This document shows positions 25,150 through 36,666 of a DNA stretch of 64,000 bases, in pieces. The position numbers and the translations under genes were made by a program. The stretch is from Cycas panzhihuaensis. Lineage: Eukaryota > Plantae > Cycadophyta. Position 1 is the first letter of the stretch, and each line of letters opens with the position of its first letter. The stretch covers positions 202,437,741 through 202,501,740 of the forward strand of contig CM041465.1 of assembly GCA_023213395.1 (NCBI GenBank), given 5' to 3'. The notes beneath the pieces were generated by a model. The model was given only the letters and a program-made list of their open reading frames with translations. It was not told the origin of the DNA and ran no database searches.

Positions 25150-27231
25150 TCTAATAAATCATCATAGAAATCCAACAACTCCTAAAAAAACTTATTTTAG
25201 CAATTATATTTTTTGGGGTGGGCCATTCTATTATCATTTGAACCTTCGTTGGGTCTGTCTTAATGTCTTTTGTATAATAATATGCCCTAAATATTCTAGC
25301 TTAGTTTGCCCAAAAGTGTATTTGTTCTTGTTAGTAAAGAATTTCTTACCTTCTAAGACTTGCATAATAACCTCAATATGCTCTAAATGTTTTCTCCAAG
25401 TTGAGTTATAAATCAAAAGATCATTAAGGAAAACCAACATAAATTTGTGTAAGAAGGGTTTGAGTACCATGTTTATTATACTTTGAAAAGTAGCTAGATT
25501 GTTTATTAATTTGAAAGGCATAATGCAAAACTTGAATAATCCTTCATGTGTAAAAAAGGTTATTTTGTATACATCATGCTCTTTGATGTGGATCTAGTAA
25601 TATCTTGAGCATAGATTGATCTTTGAAAAATATTTTGCTCCATGCATGTCATCTAGTAGGTTATTTATTAGGAGAATGGGATAATGATTTTTTATTATGA
25701 GTTTGTTGAGCACATAATAATCTATAAATATGTGATAAGAGCCATCTTTCTTTTAATTTAATATAATCATTGAAAGAGGTTAATGTATCAAGGTCATTTG
25801 TGTAGATTAATTATGTGACCCTAGAATATATTATTAACATTAGTTTTCTAATGAAATGTACTTTATGTGCATTTAGATGTAATTTCGGGTTTATGTCATT
25901 AGGCGAGAAAATTCTAACCCTAATGCTCACCCTCAATAATAAAAGGTGAAATCTCAAGGACAGAGTAATTATTCATTCTCACCTCCAAGCTTGCTCTCAT
26001 ATCTTGTTTCATCTTCTTTTTCATTCTCCATTGCCATTGTGTGCATGTGAGTGATTTATCTCCTAGATCCATCATTCCTTCATGTGGTATTAGAGCCAGA
26101 AGGGGATCTATTCACTCCATTCCACTTGCATGGAGTCATTTTGCCTCTCCTTCACCTTTAATGTGAAGTATTGAGAGTGCATTCCTTATTTTTTTAATAT
26201 TTTGAGAGTATAAAATTATAGTATTTTACATGTTGCTACTTTGTCCATGTGTAAAAAATTTTAGAGGTGAAGAATATAGGTTTTTGAAGCCGTTCAGCTG
26301 CCGGAATAGTCCCGGAAGCATTAAAGGCTCAAAATTTTATAAAAATTTGACCATCTCAGAATTTGATGAAATTTGGCATGCAAGGCCACCTTCACTACAG
26401 GATCATTTTTGTCTTTTAGAGAAACATTAGATTCAGCCTACAACAATGAGTTTTGTCTATGATAAAAGGGGTAAATTTTGTGGATAAGTAATTTAAAGCA
26501 CTTTTCCTAATGAAATCCTTCAATTATAAGCTGAATATATGAAAGTTTTATTAAGGGATCTGGTACATTTATGTCTTAAGATCATTTTAAGATAAATCTC
26601 ATCAAATTTCATTCACTAGTTAGTGAGACCTATACAGTTTTCTCACGGTTGCTGATTTTGCATACTCAACCCCATAAAGGACCTTGCAAGGGTATTTCGG
26701 GTAATTTTTTGGTAGATTTTGTAGATGGTGGAGAAAGAAAAGTTAATGTACGTGTCAAAACGTAACTTTTGACATATTGAAGTTCATATTCTGAGATAGT
26801 TAATCTGGCATGATTTTACTTTAGTGTTTTTTCGGGCAAAACATTTTTTGTGCCTTTTCTGAAATATGACTTCATAAATCCATCAGAAACAACATTCTTG
26901 ACACTTTTTCCTTCTATCATAAATTCATATTTCATCATTTAGGCCTTCATATTTGTAATTTTTAAAAATTTACCCATTTATCATTATTTGTAAATTTTGT
27001 AAAAAAATCACAAAATAGGGCAAAATAGCATGCATATAGATTTAAAAAATCATCATTTTAATAGTAAGTTGATCCACTTTTTAGCCCATTATGGCTTTTG
27101 TATCAAAACTTCTAAAATCATATTTGGAAACATTGTACTAAAGCAAGGGAAATCTTGGATCGGAAGCAACATTTGTTTCCCGTGCTAAATCTAGCATGCT
27201 TTTCTATTTGCACATATAGCATAAAGCATCT

Positions 27232-27325
27232 TAAAAGTAGCAATAACAATAAAGCATCACAAAAGCAACAACAACAACAAAGCATCACAAAAGCAACAAC
27301 AACAACAAAGCAAGCACGAAAAATA
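27232..27325. repeat. (CAA)-rich ~30-bp tandem repeat in copia leader
   Basis: aaagcatcacaaaagcaacaacaacaacaa repeated about three times. Confidence 0.8.
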
Positions 27326-27495
27326 AGCAAACACATTTTGCAAGTTTCTATTTCAGTTTTCAGTTATACGGAAACATCTTATACTATTCTTAAAAGGAAT
27401 CTCATCTGTACGATCTATACCACCAGTTCTTGACTTGTGTGCACACTCGCCTTAGTTGAAATAGACTAAGGTTAGCCAAAGTCTAGGCCTTAAGG

Positions 27496-27830
27496 GAGGT
27501 GTGAGTTTCATATTGGGTCTGGTCTTAACCAGAATAGTGGTGGAGGGACAGGTTAATCATACCTACGGCCTCCAATCAGGGATAATCTTGATAACCACCC
27601 AGGAAAACTGAAAACCTTAATGCAAGATTAAAATTAACCCAGTCCAATATCCGTCATAGCCGTGGGATACGCAGTACCGTTTGACTCTTTGGAGGAGGTA
27701 TATAACTGCTCATTGGTGAACTGGGTGAGGACTAGGAGTACCTGGGCTCCACTGTGACTTGGATTTCATCACTAAGCGCAGGTGTGGGTATCACGGGTGA
27801 AGGTCCTAATCGTATACTAGAAGCCTTAAG
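27496..27830 (+). other. Conserved, probably structured non-coding leader block (copy 1)
   Basis: Collinear with 35798-36125, sharing identical words (caatcaggga, caagattaaaat, tgctcattggtgaact, tgacttggatttcat, tgtgggtatc). Contains many complementary segments. Confidence 0.7.
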
Positions 27831-28089
27831 CATCAAAACCTCACCTACATTTGGACATAAGTGAGAGGTTAGTGGCATGACACATCAACACTCTTTGGCA
27901 GCTCTACATTAGGCCTCATTCTTGCATCATTACCTATATTCATTTTTTATATAATTGTTGAAAAATAGTTAATCATTGCTTGCTTCTCATCATAACAATC
28001 ATTTCTACATCCCTGTTGTACTAGGTATACTAGCCACACGTGTTAGTGGCACATACTTCTATCATCTCTTCTACTTCTTTATTATTACC

Positions 28090-31000
28090 ATGTCATCTCA
28101 ATTCAAGCAAAATGTTAACTGCATATTGAAAGGCAAAGAAAATTAGGATATATGGTACACTAGAATTAAAAATGCTGCAAAGTATGAAGGCCTTTGGAGA
28201 GCCCACTTGCAGCCTACACCCAACATACCAACAACAGCTACAACAACTGCTTCCAGTGGATCTGCCCCAACAGCTCCTATAGATGCTGCAACTAAACTAC
28301 AATGGGAGATAGATGATAAAAAGATTCGTATAGGAATTTTGTTGGTCATTGATCACTCCTTATACAACTTGATAAACGAAGAGGAACAGGATACAGCCTG
28401 GAAGGTCCTAGAAGTTCTTAGAAAGAACTTTGATACAAAGTCAGATTTAGAATTTATTCATCTTGTTTTGAAAATGAACAAATTAAAAATACAGAAGGGA
28501 TGAACTCATGAGACAATAAATCTCCTTCGACCAATCAAACAGGCAATTGACAAAGACTTTAAGACCCAATGTATCACTTGGGTATTTTTGATCCAGTCAT
28601 GTTTACATGTCCCCGATTATAAAAACTTACTTAGAAGTCTTCAATCTAGTGGAACATTGAAGACGCTCAACTTCGAAGCACTTACCGAGAAGTTTATAGA
28701 ATTTGACAAGACCTTTGATATGAACTTTGTAACCTCTGACTCTCTTCCAAATGCAGCCTTTGAGGTAGAAGAAGAAGTTTGCTACACAAAAACTCAAGGT
28801 CCCTCTTGTGGTAGAGGAAATAACCAAGTAAGAAGAAGAGGAAGAAATATGGAAAATTGTCCACAAGGTCAATCAAACCCTTAATCATAACCTCGACAGT
28901 TTCAAGGCTAAGGGCCACCTCAACAAAGAGCAAGATAGTCAGGCCAAACCAGTACTTCTTCAGGGACTGGTAATCAAACCATTATGTGTGATCAGTGTAA
29001 CCGTAAAGGACACTTAGCAAAAGATTACATAGATTCCACTTATAAGTTGGCTAAGTTCCAACCAAAACATGAAGCTCACAATGTTGAAGAAACTTGTGAA
29101 GAATCCTTTAGTGGTGCAGGTTTTGTACAAGTATGCATTTAAAGAATTGAGGGATCTTCAGCATCAAATGCTATTAACCAACCAAAGAGATACTTTGAAG
29201 CTTGGTGTGGATATATCACTTGTGAATTCCCTTCACCAATGCCAAGCCCTATTGGAATTGCCAATAGTGTGGCTTCAATCGATGGACAATGGATCATGGA
29301 CATAGAAGCAACTCAACATATGACATGTAATCGCAATCTATATCAAACATTTGACTCAAATGTTGATGGAGTTATTCACATAGCTGATAAATCACAACAA
29401 CCTGTTGAAGGAATTGGCAACATTCGCCTAAAACTCCTAGGCTTAGAAGATTTTACATTGCTTGAGTCTTATACATATCCAATCTCAAACAAAACCTACT
29501 CTCTTTATCCACACTTGTTTCTCGTGGATTTGATCTGAGTGTAACCACAAATGACCAGACTCTTAAGGTCATTCACCCTCCAACTAATCAGGTGGTTTTG
29601 ACTGGACATCTCTCTGGTCGATTGAATGGCTCTCTATCTTCTAAAGCCTATTGTGCCCAAAGCCCTTATGTCGATGAAGAATTTGTATTTAATTCCATCT
29701 TGACCCATCCAACGTTGTCACCAGAAGCTATTTGGCATGCTCATATGGGCCATGTTCACATTGATAGACTTAGAGATCTTTCAAACACTCTTCTAAATGT
29801 TCCAAAGTTTTCCTCTAAGCCTTTTAAATGTGAAGCTTATATCGTTGCCAAATCTCATCGACAACCCTTTCCCAAAAGTCAATGGAAATCGAGCCATTCA
29901 TTACAATTGGTACACTCTGATTTGTGCAGGCCAATGCCCATTCCTTCACTGAAGGGAAAGCTATATTACATCTCTTTCATTGATGATTTTACTAGAAAAT
30001 ATGGGTAGCTTTTCTACACAAGAAAGATGAAGCATTTCGTATATTTAAAGAATTCAAAGCCCTCACTGAAAAAGAGTCAGGTTATCAACTCAAATGTCTT
30101 CAAACTGATAATGGTGGTGAATATACCTCACATGAGTTTGAAAGCTACATTCGAGACAATGGCATCAAGCATTAAACAATAGTAGCAGGTACCCCACAGC
30201 AAAATAGAGTTATCGAGCGCATGAACAGGACAATCATGAACATGGATCGTGCTATGTTAATATATAAAAATGTACCTACCTATCTATGGGCTGAAGCAAT
30301 CTGGACAACTATTTATTGTATCAATGTTGTTAGCCCATCAAAGGAAGTATAATCACCTAATGAAAAGTGGTCAGGACAAGCCCCCATTGTTCACTACTTT
30401 AGAATTTTTGGCTCTACATGCTATGCCCATATTCTAAATGTAGATCGAAACAAACTCCAGCCAAGGGCACTTAAAGGCATCTTTGTTGGATACCCTATGG
30501 ATAAGAAATGGTATAAGGTCTTCATACCTTCACAATAAAAAAGTATTGTTACCAAAGATGTCATTTTTGCGGAGACAGAGGATCAATTACTTAAATTAGA
30601 CTCCATAGTACCCTCACGCTGCTACAATAATGTTATCAAGTATGATGTTCAGATTCTAAAATTTAGGGGGGAGGATAGACATAAATTACTCCAAATGTTG
30701 GAAGCTGACATTAGAGCCTTAGAGGATATAAGTTATGACTCTGAATAAATGAGTGCACAACTAGCACCATCTTTAAAAGATAACAGAGTTGACAAAGGCA
30801 AAGCCATTATAGAAGTACCATCCTCTCCACCTTTAGTTGACAAAGACAAAACAATGGTAGAAGGACCATCTTCCTCAGGCACATCAACATCCTCCTCACA
30901 AAATAATCATTTTAACGAACATGATAAGAACCAAGAAGTTGGAAAAATGAGAACATCATTCCCAACTCAAGGATCTCGAGAAGCCCGCCAGGTCAATAAG

Positions 31001-32660
31001 GACATACGACTAGATGAGGTGGGCAAAACTGGCACTCGAAGTGCCCATAGAGCAAGGATACAGGAATCATTATATACTGAGCTTGAACAAGTAGAATTGC
31101 ACCTTACTCTTAATGAAAAGCCCTTAACGTACCAAGAAGTTGTAAAGCATATAGCTTAGAGAAACACCATAAATGAAGAGTACCAATCTCTTATCAAGAA
31201 TGGTACATGGGAGCTTGTTGATCTACCACTTGGTAGAAAGGTAGTTCAAAATAAATAGGTGTTCAAAAACAAATATAGATCATATGACACCCTTGAAAAA
31301 CATAAGGCGAGGTTAGTAGCTAAAGGATTTACATAAAGGGAAGGCATCGACTACACTGAAGTCTTTGCACCTACAACCAAGTGGCCTACAATTAGAACTC
31401 TTGTGGCCTTAGCTACTTAACAGGGTTGGAAAATCCACCAACTCAATATTAAGACCGCAATTCTCAATGAAAATCTTGAAGAAGAAATTTACATGGCTCA
31501 GCCAGAAAGATATGAGATCAAAGGTCAAGAGTATAAGGTTTGCAAGCTCAGAAAGTTCTTGTATGGCCTTAAACAAGCCCCTCGCGCTTGGTTTGATAAG
31601 TTGTCTGAAAGGATGAGGCAACTTGGATATGAGGTTTGTGACTATTAAGATATTGATGCAGCGTTGTTCATCAAGCGCCATAAGGATAAAGTCACTTATC
31701 TTATAATCTTTATGGATGACATGCTAATAATGGGTAATAGTGAACAGGCAATAAGTCAGTTGAAAAAGGACCTTGGCAAAACGTTCGAATTGTCTGACCT
31801 TGGTTTGATAAAATATTACTTGGGAATTGAAGTAACACAAAAGAATGGAAAATTTTTTCTTTCCCAAGAAAAATACATCAACGATCTTCTAACCAAGTTT
31901 CAGTTAGAAGATGCTCGACCAGTGATGTTACCTATGGATCCTAACACCAAACTCTCAATTGAAAGTGACACTAGGGAGGCAGACACAACACTCTACAGGA
32001 AACTTGTAGGTAGTCTCATCTACACTACCAATACAAGGCCAGAAATTATACACTATGTCGGCATTCTTACTCGTTACATGACAAATCCTAAGCAGAATCA
32101 CTCGCAGACAGCAATGCGAGTGTTGAGATACCTTAAGATGACCAACAAATATGGTCTGTTGTATAAACCTAATTCAGACTTCAAGCTTTCTGCATACACA
32201 AACTTAGACTTTGCAGGAGATAAAGATATAGGAAGATCTACGTCTGGGTATATAACATTTCTTGGAACAACATCAATATCATGGAGATCCAGACGACAGA
32301 AGATAGTTGTAGATTCAACTATTGAAGTTGAATACATTGTTGCTTCTGAGACCAGTAAAGAGGTGATATGGCTGAGAAAATTATTAGAAACTTTGAATAT
32401 CACCCAAACAAATCCTACGAGTCTTTATGTGGATAATTAATCAGCAATCTGCATAGCGAAAAATCCTGTATTTCACGATCATACCAAACACATAAGTACG
32501 AAAGTCCACAGGATTAGGGAACTTGTTCATGATGGCATAATTCAATTAGATTACTGTCCCACATCATATCAAGTGGCCGATATCTTCGCCAAACCGCTGT
32601 AAAGGGTGAAGTTTGAATAGCGATTCAAGGTGTCGGCCTTAGGGCCTCCATCTTCGATTG
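28090..32660 (+). pseudogene. Copia gag-pol pseudogene (gag with CCHC knuckle, protease, integrase, RT, RNase H)
   Basis: CDQCNRKGHLAKDY; WIMDIEATQHMTC; WHAHMGH..LQLVHSDLC..YYISFIDDFTRK; RT IFMDDMLIMG; RNase H DFAGDKDIGRSTSGY. ORF 31664-32440 is the longest surviving piece. Confidence 0.96.
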
Positions 32661-32687
32661 ATCAAAGAAGATGGCAATAGGATCATC

Positions 32688-32850
32688 ATACTCTATTCTC
32701 TTCATGAAAACCCAATGTGGGTGCGGAAGAATAAGAGTAAGTCTCTGCTCTATCCTCTTTATGAAAACCCCATGTGGGCACGGAAGGATAAGAGTTGTAC
32801 TTGTTTTAGAAAATTAGAACCCGTGAAAACCCAAAAGGGCATAGGGGATG
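32688..32850 (+). other. Triplicated hairpin module (RTG-AAAA-CCC-loop-GGG-CAY) downstream of pol (copy 1)
   Basis: tgaaaaccc at ~32705, ~32762 and ~32824, each inside an inverted repeat. Conserved at 41188-41350. Confidence 0.7.
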
Positions 32851-35797
32851 ACCAAACAGTATATGGAGACTTAGCAAATTAAGCTGCACATTTAAGTTAT
32901 TTGGTTATCAGACTACATAAAAGAGCCACTTTAGCAATTTTAATTTATAAAAGGGGATATAGATCTTAGAAAGTTCGTGAGTTTTTATTCCCCATGAGGG
33001 TTTTCCCACAAAAGTGTCATTTAGAATTTTAATGTAATAATGAGGCTCAAATGAAGACCTCATATAATAAATTTTTTGAAAATGACCTTCTACCATTAAG
33101 GGGGGGATTGAAAGAGGTTAATGTATCAAGGTTATTTATGTAGATTAATTATGTGACCCTAGGATATATTATTAGCATTAGTCTCTTAAGGAAATGTACT
33201 TTATGTGCATTTAGATGTAATTTCGGATTCATGTCATCATGCGAAAAAATCCTAACCCTAATGCTCACCCTTAATAATAAAAGGTGAAATCTCAATGAGG
33301 GAGTAATTATTTATTCTCATCTCCAAGCTTGCTCTGATATCTTGTTTCATCTTCTTTTTCATTCTCCATTGCCATTATGTGCATGTGAGTGATTTATCTC
33401 CTAGATCCATCATTCTTTCAATCATTGATATGAAGGGGTTGGTATTAGGAGTGAGGTACCCTTGATGTAGAAGTTCTTAGGTAATTTATTCAATCTCTTT
33501 TTTGAAATGATAAGGATGTCAATATAGATGGATATTTATAGGTATTACTCCTAGTATCAACTTGATTGGGTGTTCATATCCATAGTCCAATGGTAATCCC
33601 TAGGGAGGTTCTTCAAAAACCTTATTATGTCTGTTTATGATGGTTTACACTTCTGTTAGAACATCCTCTGTCATAACCATATAGCATGTTATTATGTATA
33701 AAATATGATTCTTCTTCAGTATTTTCTCCATGCAATGTGATGTCACTAGTTATATTGGTGGCATGGGAGGTGCCTACAACTTGTATTTGTGGCCCTTTTA
33801 ATAGAAGCTCATGAATTTGGTCCTATAATTGGTGATGATATTTTCCAAATTCTGTAACCGTGGGATTGCTAAGACAACATCAAATCCTCCTATTGGCATG
33901 GTGAACATGCATGTCATTGTGGAGTAGTTTGTAATTTGGAGATTCACCTTTGGGCACTATCCTCTGCATGTCATAGTCTTACTGTTGGTGATAACAACTT
34001 GGAAGACATTAAGTGCTTAGATTGGTAAACCTGTTTTTTCTTCAATTGATTTATTAATGAAATTATATGTACTACCACTATCTATAAGGACGATAATATT
34101 TTCTCCCTTGATTGTTCCTTTAAAATATAATGTTTGTAGAGTGGAAACTTCTCTAATAATGGATTATAATGATATCTGTATATTTTTGGTATCGATGTTA
34201 AGTAATTCTTCAACCTCTACTTTATCATGTGTATCTAGTAATTCTTCTTCTATTTTACCCAGGATGTTTTCATCCTTATTATTGATCATAAAAACTTTCT
34301 TTGAGGGATAGTTGTCATCCCAGTTCTATTTTACTTTTATATTAAGAGAGGGGGCATTAGAGTTAGGTGAAATGAAATTACACATAATGCATATAAAAAC
34401 GCATTTCACTTAAGTGATCTAATTTAAAGTTCACTTAAGTGAAAAAGAGTCTCTACTTATACTTACCTCCCCATTTTGTGAGAGCTACTCTTTTTCTCTC
34501 AAGTCTCTTTTACTCCCATGTTTGCCTTTGTATTTAGTGCATGAAGATGAAGGATAGATACACTCCTTTCATGTGGTATCAGAGATTGCTTCCTTCATAT
34601 TTCTCACTTGCACTTGCAATGGAGCCATCACTTCCTTCTTCCCCATAATCCATGTGGTGAAGGAGATTGTGAAAGTGGATTTAAAAACATTTTCAAGTTT
34701 TTATTATAGTATATTTAGTATTATTTGTATTCCCTTTCTTTTTTATAGGTTTGGAAGCACAATATAAGAAGATGTAAGGCCCAAGGATTCTATCCTTTGG
34801 TAGGCATTTATGCTATCTCATTCTTCTTTTCTTTTCCCTCTTTTTGTCCATTTAACAAAGAGAAATGTTGTAAAAATATTTTTAGCATTTAAAAAAATGT
34901 TTGTAAGGGGATGTTCTACCATTTTTTTTTACGAATTTGGAGTCATTTAAAATATCCATCATTGTGTGCTCTCACCTTGCCCATATTGGGATCCTAGTGA
35001 TAAAAAAATGATGGAAATTTCATATGGTATCACGTGTTGATGAGATATTTGCAAGTTAAGTATTCTGCAGAAATAAAATATGCTTACTAAACTTCATAGG
35101 TCTGCCAAAAATTCTATAGACCTTCAATAGGCTTGATTCCAATTTCTAAAGATAAGGCTCTAAGTCTAGTTTTTAGTGCAAAATTTGCTATCCAATTTTG
35201 TTGTCGTATGAGAAAGTTATTGCTATTTTAGTGAATAACAATTATTTTTAGTAAGAATTTTAGAAAAATATATTCTATCCACTTTGCGAGATTGCCAAAA
35301 ATTTTACAAAACTCATTTGGACTTGATTCCACTTCCCAAAAATGCGGCTCTAAGTCTAGTTTATAGCATAAAAATTGGCACTCAATTTCTTTATCGTAGG
35401 AGAAAGTTATTGTTATTTTAGTAAATACTACTTTTTTATAAAAAAATGAAGAAAATTTCTTTCTTTTTTTTAAGGCTTCAAAGCCTATTGTAAAAGTGAG
35501 TAAAAAACCACCTAGATCGGAGCAATATCTGGTGTCCTTACTCACTTATCAGTATTTTATTTTAGCAGTTTAAAATCACTTCAAGTAAACACTCCAAAGG
35601 TACTCTTAAGTAAACACTTCAAAATCACTCCTAAAGCACTCTATTTTTAGTTATATGTGCATTCGATATAAATTCAATAATCTTTTCACTCTCCCTAAAA
35701 GGAGCATATCGCGTACATTATTTTCTGCCATCTTACACATGTTCACATACTTACAAAGGTTGAGATACCTTGGTTGGAAGAATACTATGCTATAAAA

Positions 35798-36125
35798 GAG
35801 GTGTGGGTTTCAAGTTGGGACTGGACTAAACTAGAATATTGGTAAGGTTTGGTTAGCCATACCATCATTCTTCAATCAGGGATCATCGTGATAACCAACT
35901 GATAAAACTAAAACTTTAATACAAGATTAAAATATACCCAATCTAGTATCTATCAAAGCCATGGGTATGCATGTACCACTTTTTGGAAAAGGTATATAGT
36001 TGCTCATTGGTGAACTAGGTGAATATTGAGAGTACTTAGGCTCCATTATGACTTGGATTTCATTACCAAGTACAATTGTGGGTATCGTGGGTGAAATCCA
36101 ACTTAATTCTACTGAAGGCTTAGAA
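35798..36125 (+). other. Conserved, probably structured non-coding leader block (copy 2)
   Basis: Homologous to 27496-27830. Confidence 0.7.
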
Positions 36126-36308
36126 ATCCCTTCAACAACCTCAAGTCTATGTTACACATAAGTTATAGGTTATTGGGTTGATTACACATCCTATATTTCA
36201 GTTTCAAGTTGTGTACATCCAATGATGTCAGCTTTCATATTAGCCTACAATCCTATATATTGATCACTTACTTATTTCTAAAAAGTGATCCATAGTATAA
36301 TCACAATC

Positions 36309-36505
36309 ATAGTGCTTCTCATATTCCTACTGCATTAGGTTAATATTTGCCATAAATGTCAGTGGCCAATTTTCATCATAGCACTTCTCATATTCCTGCT
36401 ACCTCAGGTTAATATTTGCCACAAGTGTTGGTGGCTAATTTTAATAATAGTGCTTCTCATATTCCTGCCACATTAGGTTAATATTTGTCATAAGTGTTAG
36501 TAACT
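36309..36505. repeat. 69-bp tandem repeat, 3 copies, upstream of gag
   Basis: Units start at 36309, 36378 and 36447 (atagtgcttctcatattcct...aggttaatatttgcc). Confidence 0.9.
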
Positions 36506-36666
36506 TTTCTATAAGTTGTCCCCTTCATCTTTGAGCAACCATTCTCACTTCTTCTATCTTCTACTACACTGCTTCATTGCATCTCCCATTTGTAAATAGT
36601 GATTGGTCATTTATTTTCATCACTTTTATAGTACCTTGTTCATTTCTTCCCTTCTCAAAAGATACC

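Larger units (their letters stand above)
25771..33420 (+). mobile_element. Full-length Ty1/copia LTR retrotransposon nested in the RT of the gypsy element
   Basis: 312-bp LTRs 25771-26082 and 33109-33420 (TG...CA), ~23 mismatches by hand count. PBS tggtattagagcc at 26085-26097. PPT aaggggggga. Perfect TSD ATCAT at 25766-25770 and 33421-33425. Confidence 0.97.

Noticed and set aside
27656-27682. AGCCGTG...GTACCGTT resembles group II intron domain V
   Set aside because: Too short, the basal helix is mismatched, the second copy (35957-35982) fits worse, and no domain VI or intron ORF is evident.
31664-32440. 258-aa ORF as a functional RT gene
   Set aside because: It is an internal piece of a pol frame broken by stops on both sides.
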